A stretch of 43,501 bases of DNA. Origin: a virus (Duplodnaviria > Heunggongvirae > Uroviricota > Caudoviricetes). Numbering within the stretch: position 1 is the stretch's first letter; each line of letters starts with the position of its first letter. The stretch is from IMG/VR virus record IMGVR_UViG_3300021399_000121, positions 1-43,501 of that record; one strand, given 5' to 3'. Of the stretch, positions 31,942-43,501 are shown one piece after another. The notes below the pieces were generated by a model that ran no database searches, was not told the DNA's origin, and saw nothing but the letters and a program-made list of their open reading frames with translations. Position numbers and translations under genes: made by a program.

Positions 31942-32232
31942 ATGGATATAACAACAATTTCTATAATAATAGCTATTATTGGTTGTTTAGTTGGTGTCGC
32001 AGGATGATTACGAAATAGTAAAGTAGATGCCAGTGAACAAAAAGCTACAGAATCAGAAATAAAGACTAAACTTGATTTTATGTCTAATGATATTAAAGAA
32101 GTTAAAGTTGATGTTCGATCTTTTAGTCGTGATTTACAAGAGGTTAGAACTATTGCAATTTCTGCAAAAGCTGAGGCTGAACGAGCCAATAGTAGAATAA
32201 ATCAATTAATTGAAGATGAAAAGGATGTATAA
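31942..32232 (+). CDS. Single-TM coiled-coil protein (XhlA/holin-like), 96 aa, TGA=Trp22; paralog of 31573-31845
   Basis: SD AGAGGAG. MDITTISIIIAIIGCLVGVAG(W)LRNSK...KLD...SAKAEAERANSRINQL resembles XhlA-like proteins of Firmicutes phage lysis modules (GxAGW, AHKRID-like end). Confidence 0.75.
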
Positions 32233-32234
32233 AA

Positions 32235-32399
32235 ATGGATGCAATAGTAAATTATCTTACTATTGGGGATGAAACAAGAGAAATTGCTGATTCGCAAAGT
32301 CGTGAAGATATTGAGTTACTTAAAACTCAAGTAGAAGAGAATAGAGCAAATATAGAATATATTGCAACGATTATGAATATTGATCTTTCTCAAAAATAA
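32235..32399 (+). CDS. Small protein, 54 aa; N-terminus paralogous to the tail fibre N-terminus
   Basis: MDAIVNYLTIGDETREIADSQSREDIELLKTQVEENRANIEYIATIMNIDLSQK. TAA stop immediately before a terminator. Confidence 0.7.
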   Translation: MDAIVNYLTIGDETREIADSQSREDIELLKTQVEENRANIEYIATIMNIDLSQK

Positions 32400-32405
32400 A
32401 ATTTT

Positions 32406-32436
32406 AAAGGGAGCTTTTATAGCTCCCCTTTTTTTA
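32406..32436 (+). terminator. Intrinsic terminator
   Basis: AAAGGGAGCT-tttat-AGCTCCCTTT followed by a T run. Confidence 0.9.
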
Positions 32437-32617
32437 TTTATTCAAAAAACGATAATATATACTTTTTAATTTTTAAATATTATAGGTGTAATTTCACCTG
32501 GAATTCCTATTTTATTTGTTATACGTATAAGAGATAAAGGAGTGGATGTTCTTGAAAAGAATAAAAGATAATTATGAAGAACACCAATATCGAGTATATA
32601 AGGAGGTGGTTTAGTCT

Positions 32618-35600
32618 ATGGCAAAATATAGTAATGTTGTGGAGTATAATGTCGTAACTAATGTTGATACATCAGGTATTACTAAATTACAAAATGAATT
32701 AACTAAGCTAAAACAATCATTAAAATTTGATAAAACTGGGTTTAATCAATTAGGTTTTGATGATGCTAAAATAGAAAAATCTATTCAAAAAGTTAATCAG
32801 TTACAAAGTGCTATCACTGCAGCATTTAATCCTAAAATTGGTACAATTGATCTTAGTAAGTTAAATACATCATTACAAAAAGAACATACGTCTTTACAAA
32901 TGATAGTTAAAGACTGAGAGCAAATGGGTACTCGTGGTACTATGGCAATCTCAAATTTGTCAAATGCTCTTTTATCAATGAATAAGGGTGCTTTAAATGT
33001 AAATACTACATTATCTAAAATAGCTAATACTTTTGGAAATACCGTTCGTTGGGGTATTACTGCGAGTATTTTCCAAGGGATGATGAGTAGTGTTCAAGGT
33101 GCTGTTTCATACATGAAAAATTTAGATGAATCATTGACTCAAATTCAAATGGTTACTAATTCATCTAAAGAGAACATGCGAGAGCTTGCTCAATATGCAA
33201 ACAACGCCGCACAAGCTTTAGGCTCAACTACTGTTGATTATACTAATGCTGTTAAAGTGTTCGTTCAAGAAGGTTTTTCTGAATCAGAATCTAAACAATA
33301 TGCGAATTTATCAACTAAATTAGCAAATGTTTCAGAGCAAAATACTGCAACGACTTCTGACCAAATTACTGCTTATCGTAATGCTTTTCAGCTTGATTAT
33401 GAACAAACAGTCGCAGCAATGGATAAAGTTGCAAATGTTGCTAACAACACAGCATCAAATGTTAATGAGTTAATGGTTGCATCACAGCGTGCGGCATCTG
33501 TTGCTCAAGCGGTAGGCTCAAGTCAAGATTCATTCTTAGCCGCAATCGCAACTATTGAATCAGTTACTCGTCAAAGTGCTGAAGAAATTGGTAATGGTTT
33601 AAAAGCTATTTATCAGCGTTTCGCTGATATTAAAGTTGGTAAATCAGCTGAAGATGGCGTTGATTATGGTCAATATGCAACTGCATTAAAATCTGTTGGC
33701 GTAGATGTTCTTGATGTAGCAGGTCAATTTAAAGGCATGGATCAAATTTTAAGTGAACTTCAAGATGTGTGAAGTGAACTTGATGATACTATGAAAATTG
33801 CGGTTGGCGAGAAAGTCGCTGGTAAATTTCAATATAACCGCTTTGCCGCATTGATGAATAATCCAGAATACTATCAAAAGGCTCTTGGAGCAACACAGAA
33901 TGCTGATGGTATGATGGATCAAATGAATGAATATTATATAGAAAGCATCGAAGGTAGACTTAATACTTTACAAGCTGCTGGTGAACAAGTTATGTCTACT
34001 TTATTTAACCAAGATGCCGTTGAACCTATGATTGAACAAGTTACTGAACTTGTTAATGGTTTAAATAGTTTAGTCGATGTGGCTGGTGGGTTAAATGGTG
34101 TTGTTCAAGTACTCGGTGCGACTATGCTTCGTGCATTTAGTACACAAATTGCAGGTACTATATCGAACATGGCTACTGCTATAAGTACTATTACTGCTAA
34201 TAGTCGTAATGCCAACCAATTACAAACTACTGCTCAATTAGTTGGTTTAAGTAATTATAGTCAATCTCAAAACACAAGTTCTTTAACTGGAAAATTAGTT
34301 TCTGGTGTTGCTAATAATTATAATTCATTGTCAGATAAAACTCAAGAAAGAATCAGAGACTTATCTCAACAAATTGTTGAGCTTGAAGAGCAAAAAACAG
34401 GTGTTTTAAAAGAACAGGAAAGTTTTTTTAAACAGATTGCTGAAAGAGCAATTGAAGAAAAAAATATTAAAGATCAACAAATTGAAATAGAAAGAGAAAT
34501 TTTAGCACAAAAACGAGACAATAAAAAAATAACACAAGAACAGTATGCAGATGAAATTCTTAAACTAGATGTATTAGAAGATGAAAATCGCATTTATGAA
34601 AAAATTCGTAAAGAAGCAAGTGAGTTTGCTAGAGTAATTGCTCAAGGCGGCAGTGCTGATGAGGAAATGATTGCAAGACTTCAACAAATGCGACAAGAAG
34701 CTTCCGGTCTTGGAATTAATATTGCTGAATTAGAGTCTTTAATTGAGCAACTTGGTATTGCTGAAGGCAATCTTAAAATCGGCGAGACTATGGTTGATGA
34801 CACTCTTAAAATGGCTGATTTTGAAGCTCGTATAAATGGTGTTGTTAAAACATTATCAAATGTTACTTCTGTCGCTTTTGGTTTTTCAATGATTGGTGAT
34901 GCAATTAAAACATTAGCAGATGATAGCGCAACACTAGAAGAAAAACTTAATGCAGTTGTAATGAATGGCCTCATGGGTTTAACAATGTTACTCCCAGGTC
35001 TTACAGCTTTAGTTGCTCAAACAAAAGCTTGAGTATTAGCAACAGTAGCACAAACTAATGCAATTGCAGGAGAGACAGCGGCTGAAAGAGCGCAGAATGC
35101 AGCACAAATATTAAATAATCTTACTCGTGGTACAGCTATTAAAATAATTCTTACTTCTATCGCGGAGAGAATTAAACATACTGCTGCAATTATTGCTGAA
35201 ACAGTTGCTCTAAAAGCTCAAGCAATAGCTGCACTTGCGGCACAAAATCCAATTGCGGCATTGACTATCGGTTTAGGTGTTTTAGCTATTGGTATTGCAG
35301 CAGCTACAAAAGCATGAATTGATAATTATGGTGAAGTAGCTCAAGCTACTAAAGAATATGAAAAACAAAGCGAAATATTAACTGAAACTAAACGCAATTA
35401 TCAAGATGTTACAGAGAAAGTTGAAACATTAAATAATTCACTTGATAAAATTTCTGATATGCGCAGTTCCTTAGATGATATGAAAGAAGGAACTGATGAA
35501 TGAAAAGAAGCTGTTAGGAAACTTAATTCAGAAATTTTAACATTAATTCAAACATACCCTGAAATAGCTAAATTCGTTAGTAATGAAAATGGGGTACTTT

Positions 35601-38600
35601 CTCTTGATTCTGAAAAAAATGTTGACGGAGAAACATTAAATGATTTTTATAATAAACAAATTGCAGAAGCTAATCATTTAAATGACATTAATAGTATTCA
35701 ACAAATAAATACTTTAGATGCTAAAAATAATCAGTTAATTGCAGAATATGCTCAAAAGAATAACGTGTCTTCTGGAGATGTCAGAAATGCTCTTAATAAT
35801 AATGAGGTTGAAATTGCTGGAAGAGAGGATTTAACTTCTTCTTTCGCAGAACTTGCCGCATCTATTCAAAGTAATAATGCAACCATCGAAACATTAAATG
35901 GCACAATTGGAACATTAAATACTAATTATGAGAATCTTGCTGGAAATGCAGAAATTGATACAACCAAGGCATTACAAGAACTTCAACAACGTTGAGGTAA
36001 TATGATTTATGATCAATATGGTGATGAGCTTGGATATAAAACTGATCTAAGTACTTTAAATAATGATAGCGATTTATTAAAAGAAATCGGTGTAGCTATA
36101 GGAAAAGACATTAGTTCTGGTGTCGATACTAGTATTTTTGATGATACGTTAAAAGTTATTACTAAAGATGGAGAGGAAATTGAACATTCGACAGAAGTCT
36201 GAATGCAAATACTCGCCAACAGTGAAGAAGCCACTCGTGCAGCGAACGAATTGTTTGAAACTAACAAATATATTTATGAAACTTTTGGTGCTAAATGAGA
36301 TGATAAAACTCAAAGTTTCATAGGTGAGATCAATGAAGATGCTAAAACAGCTCTTAATGCTTATAATAGTGGTGATGCTTATAATAGTGATGAATTATTT
36401 AAAACTGTTTTAAGTGAAAATGTTCCAGAAATTGGAAGCATCAAAGAGTTTGCAACTGCTATTGAAGCTGGAACTATTAATATAGAAGGACTATCTGAAG
36501 CAGTTAAAAAACTAACTCCAGATATAGCTGATTTAACTAAGAATATTAATGGCAATGATTTTACTAATCGTTTAGACTTTGGACTTGATCCAGATGACAA
36601 TAATAAAGAATATAAAAAATTCTTAAAAGATCAAAATATAACTGAAAGTGCTCTCGACCGCATGTCACGAGACACATATGAAGATAATGCATATTATCAA
36701 CAACAAAAAGAAAGTCTTGAAAGTCTAATAGAAACAAAACAAAAAGACAAAAATATTACAGATGAAGAAACAAAAGAAATTGAAAATCTTCAATCTAAAC
36801 TTGACGGATTAGAAGATTCTGCTAAAGATACCACTATTATGATTCTTCGTATGAGTAATGGTGTTGTAAGTTTACGAAATAAAATTAGTGATATATCTGA
36901 AATTCTCAGTAATGATGCTCTTAAAGGTACTGTTGAATGATATGAAGCTTTAGATGATTTAGATTCAGGATTATCAGAAGTCTTAAATATTGATGCCGGT
37001 ACACTAAGTGATACTTTCATTGAGAGTGGAGACGCTCTAGAATATGCTCAACGTATGGCTGAAGGCGATATGTCTGCTATTGATGATTTACGTAGAGCTG
37101 CAAGTAAAGATATTATTCAAAATCTTTCTATTCAATTAAAAAAAGGGGAAGATATTAAGACTGTTCGTTCAGATTTATTATCTGAATTAAACCAACTACA
37201 AGCAGAAATTGATGCTGGAACTATTACAGTTACAACTGATCTTGATGATAATCCATTTATTCAAAAATTAAATAAAATGCTTGCAGATAGTCAAATTTCT
37301 GCAGAACAAGCTTCTAACATTCTCTCTTCTATTGGAATGGAAGCTAATGTTAAATATGCAGAAGGAAAAGGCACTGTTGATGCGGTAGAATACGAGGTTG
37401 ATATAGATTATGTCGATCAAGTTGGACCAATGCCAGGTGGTGGTCAAATGCCATCTATTCCAAAAATTAGAATGATCCCGCATATGGTGCCAGTAAAAAC
37501 AACAACAAAAATTCCATATCTCCAAGGTACTCATTATACTGGTTCAGGTGTTCAAACTGCAAGCACGGCGGCTCGTAATCCTTCTTATACTGGTGGATAT
37601 AGTAAAAATCCTAAATCTAGTGGAGGTGGTAATAAATCTCCTAAAGGTAATTCAAAACAAGGTAAACATAATCAGAAAAAAGAAAAAGAAAAAAATGAAT
37701 GAGATTATCTAACTGATATTACTAATGATTTAGAGAGACAGTCTGCGGTAATGGAAAAATTAGCTAATCTAGAAGATAGATTATATGGCGCAGATAGAAT
37801 AGCAAATTTGCAACAAGAAAGAGCAGAACATGCAAAAAATATTGGATTACTTGAAAAAGAAGTTAAATTAGCTGAAAAACATAAAAAGACACTTCAAACA
37901 CAAGGGTATGATGAAAATGGTAATTTAACAATTAATGCCTATGCTCGTCGAGCTGGTTTTGATAAAATTCAATTTGATTCTGCTGGAAATCTTGAAAATG
38001 GCAAAGCTATTGAAGCGGCTTTGACGAAACGAGAAAATGATGCTATAGCACAATATAATCTTCATCGCAATGATGAAGATACTTCATATTATGAAGAACA
38101 AGTTCGTTTAGCTAAAGAAGATCATGATGGTTTCATGAAAGCCGTATCTGATTATGAAAATACTTTAAATACTATTGACGATACGAATTTAGAAATCCAA
38201 AAAGAGAGAGAAGCCTTACAAGATGCCGCAGATAAAATTATAGATAGTATTCAAAATGGGATTGATACTATTTGTGATGCATTAGAAACTCAACGAGATT
38301 TTGATAGAATGAAAAATCAATTTTTCCGTGGCGGTGAAGGCTATAGTCATTTTAAAGGAGATACCAGATATTATTCACGAACATTGAATGATACTCTTGG
38401 AAAAACTTTTAATTATAAATTAGAAAATGTTGATAGTAGAATAAAAGATGCTGAAAAAGTTCTTAATAGCAAAGATCCAGATAAAGAAAAAATTAGTCAA
38501 GCCCAAGCTGTACAAAATTTGAAAGAAACTACAGATGATCTTATTTCAACTATCAAGAAAGCTGTTGATGCTTATAATGGATTATTAAAAACTATTAGTG

Positions 38601-41224
38601 AAGCAAGCAGTAAAATGGATGAGTTAATTGATGACCGTATTGCGGCATATGATAGAATTGAAAAAACATTAGATACTAGATTAACTCAATTAAAGTTGAT
38701 GTTTGGTGAAAATGGATATAAAGATCAAGCAGCATTTTATAATCAAAAAATAGCAACTGCAATAAGCAAAATAAACAATCTTATGATCTCTAAAAAAGCA
38801 GAAGAAGAAAAGATAGAAACTCTTAAAACAATAGAGGCAGATAATAAAGAATTAAGTTCTGAACAAAGAAAAGAATTAAAAGATGCTACGAATAAAGTAA
38901 ATGAAATTCAAGAGGAAATTCTTGATACTGAGACTCAAGCCCTTCAAGATAATAGAGCTTTGCTTGAAGCTTTAACACGTCAAAATGTAAATGAAACAAT
39001 AAATGGGATTTTTGGTGGTCAAGATTTAGAGTGACTTTCTCAAGAATGAGAAATGAGAACTCGAAATGATGAACAATATCTTGATGATTATAATCGTGCC
39101 GCGGAACTTGAAAAATTACAATTAAAATATCAAAATTTATTGAATAATTCACAAAATGCTTCTAGTGCGATTCAAAAGAAAATTTCTGATCAAATGAAGC
39201 AGCAATTAACTTACTTACAAAATAAGAAAAAATATGTTTTAGATATAGTCGGAGCGGAAAAGGAAACACAATCTGTTCTTAAAGAAGTCAATGCTATTAC
39301 CAAATATGACGTTGAATATGCAGAAAAACAATTAGATATTCTACAAAAACAAATTGCTTTAGAAGAAGCTAAAAATAATAAAAACCAAATGCGATTACAA
39401 CGAAATGCGGCTGGCAATTATGACTTTGTGTATGGTGCTGATGAAAATCAAGTAGTTCAAGCAACACAAGAGTTAATAAATGCACAACAAGAAGCCTATA
39501 ACTTAGCAAAGAATGCGATGCTGCAGACCTATGAAATGGCTATGGAAACAGCTTTAAAAACGAAAGAGACTTTAGTTGAAATCGTTATGGATACAGGGCT
39601 TGGTGCAGAAGAACAAAAAAATCGTATACAAGAAGTATTGGGTCAATTAGGAGTTTTTATCAATAATTCTAGACTTGAGTATGGTGAAACAATAATTGAT
39701 ACATATAATGAATTTGTTGAAGCTGAAACAACTATTTCTGAACAAAATCTTGGTAATTTAACAGAAATTTTTAATGAATTAAGAGGAAAAACAACTGAAT
39801 ATAATTCAAGTGCTTCAAAAGATATAGGTGATTTTACAATATCTGCTCAACAATCTTTAGATAATTTGGATGCGAAATCTGCAGAAGTTTGAATGCATAT
39901 TGTTAATCAGTCTCTTGATGGGGACGGAGCCGCGTTGCCTAGATTAATTAAAGGATGAGAAGATACTTTCGGAGAATCTGGAACAATGCTAGCTCTCTTT
40001 AATACAATGGCAAATGGAGTAAATTCTTCTTTTGATGATATGGAAAGTCATGTAACTGGTACCATGTTACCAAAAATGGAACAAGGAACAAATCCATTTT
40101 TAGGAGACAATGGAACAATTACTACTTTATTCTTAGATGCTTGAGATTCAACTGAAACTAGATTTTCATTAATGAAAGATAATACTATTGCTGGTATGAC
40201 AACTCTGACAGATGATTTTTCAACATTAACTGATGATATGATGTCATGTATTCTTAATTTTGGACGTACAAATGAAGAAGTTTTAATTACTGCTGGAGAT
40301 CATTATTATAATTTTACACAAAATAGCGTTAAAGAAGCAAAAGAGGAAACAGGCTATTTAACAAGGTCTGAAAATGATTTTAAAACAACTCTAAGCACAT
40401 TAAATGGAGTAATTGCTACAAGTGCTAAGAAACTAAATGATTATGCTGAAGAAATTAAGATAGCATTTAATAGATCAGAAGTTCTTATTAACGAATCAAC
40501 AAAACTTCAAAGATCATTAGGTGAAGTTGAATATTCTGCAGCTAAAGCCGCAGATGAACTAGAAAGACTTGCAAATAATTCTACTGTAGATGTTAATGTA
40601 AGTTACAATACAACTTATACGACAACTTATAGGACTAATTATGAAACAAATGGTTATCCAACTTCTTCTACAGAAACTACAACTACAACTGATAGCAGCA
40701 GTAGTAGCAGCGGTGGTAGTAGTAGCGGTAATAACAATACTGGTAGTAAGAAACCAATTGGTTATCGGTGAAAAGTTTCGGATCAAAATGGAGCGAAAAA
40801 AAGTAAATATGCAGGCACTTATGAAGCTGCGTTAGGATTAATGAAATATTTTGATAATCCTACTTATCCAGTTCAAGAACCAAGATATGATACTGGTGGA
40901 TATACTGGAACATGATTCGATGGTGGTGTAGATAATAAAAAAGGGAAACTTGCTATTTTACATCAAAAAGAACTAGTCCTTAATGCTGATGATACAAAAA
41001 ATATGCTTTCTACTGTTGAAGTTGTTAGAAATATTATGTCTAATATAAATCAATTACCATCTCTTGGAAAAAATATAAGTTCAAGTACTCTTAATAATGA
41101 TGTTGAACAACGTGTTGAAATTAACGCAAACTTCCCAGGAGTAACAACAGCATTAGAAATTGAACGAGCGTTAACAGAATTAGCTGATAATGCTTATCAA
41201 TATGCTAATAAATATAAAAATTAA
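32618..41224 (+). CDS. Tail tape measure protein, 2868 aa, 17 TGA=Trp versus 1 TGG
   Basis: Eleven track fragments share one frame, with only TGA in the gaps. Has a TP901-like TMP core (LDESLTQIQMVT...NNAAQALGSTT...EEIGNGLKAI), long coiled coils and a C-terminal YDTGGYTGT(W)...LAILHQKELVLN motif. SD AAGGAGGTG; TAA 41222. Confidence 0.92.
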
Positions 41225-41228
41225 AGAT

Positions 41229-41274
41229 AAAGGTCTTGTTTTATACAAGACCTTTTTTCTTTTTTTTAAATAAC
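41229..41274 (+). terminator. Intrinsic terminator after the tape measure gene
   Basis: AAAGGTCTTGT-tttat-ACAAGACCTTT (41229-41255) followed by long T tracts. Confidence 0.9.
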
Positions 41275-41299
41275 AAAAATTAATAATAAATAACAATTA

Positions 41300-41319
41300 A
41301 AAATTAAATATAATAGAAA
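41300..41319 (+). promoter_or_regulatory. Candidate late-promoter motif (AAAATTAAATATAATAGAAA)
   Basis: Lies between the terminator and the tail fibre SD. 19/20 identity to 31895-31914. Confidence 0.55.
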
Positions 41320-41350
41320 TATAAAAATAACGGCTATAAAAGGAGAATAG

Positions 41351-43501
<2,151 letters not shown>

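Noticed and set aside
32400-32617. Suppressor tRNA in the largest late intergenic gap (also checked 11250-11400, 16870-17008 and 41225-41350)
   Set aside because: No cloverleaf, GTTC(G/A)A T-loop or acceptor stem is visible. These gaps are explained by terminators, promoters and RBSs.
40680-40745. Trinucleotide runs (also poly-Glu at about 15875-15898 and poly-Ser at about 22010-22030) as CRISPR or phase-variable repeats
   Set aside because: In-frame low-complexity linkers with no repeat-spacer structure.
41323-41335. 13-nt match AAAAATAACGGCT shared with 631-643
   Set aside because: Short and mostly A-rich, with a different context and orientation relative to the genes; probably chance.

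Overview
AT-rich fragment of a large tailed dsDNA phage, probably infecting a Gram-positive gut bacterium (strong AAGGAGG ribosome-binding sites, TTG/GTG starts, extended -10 sigmaA-type promoters). It has three blocks. (1) 1-11248, minus strand: a replication and nucleotide module with a probable helicase N-terminus, Sak4-like ATPase, SSB-like protein, ThyX-like protein, membrane-anchored GIY-YIG nuclease, winged-helix protein, ATP-dependent DNA ligase and both type II topoisomerase subunits. (2) 11403-15637, plus strand: accessory genes, including a metallophosphoesterase. (3) 15695-43501, plus strand: late lysis and tail genes. The main result is that TGA is read as Trp (translation table 4). 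The supplied standard-code ORF track breaks block 3 into many fragments. Read by hand with TGA=W, these join into intact genes that end only in TAA/TAG: a holin, a 2658-aa tail protein, 438-, 608- and 1125-aa tail proteins, two XhlA/holin-like paralogs, a 2868-aa tape measure protein and a collagen-repeat tail fibre. Recoding is strongly graded by block. Hand counts of Trp codons give 0 TGA/39 TGG in the replication block, 2 TGA/29 TGG in the middle block and about 88 TGA/26 TGG in the late block. This fits a phage that infects a standard-code host and changes code during infection, which would gate lysis and morphogenesis. No suppressor tRNA, release factor, integrase or CRISPR array is visible in this window. 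All family calls come from motif recognition, not database searches, and all codon counts are manual.
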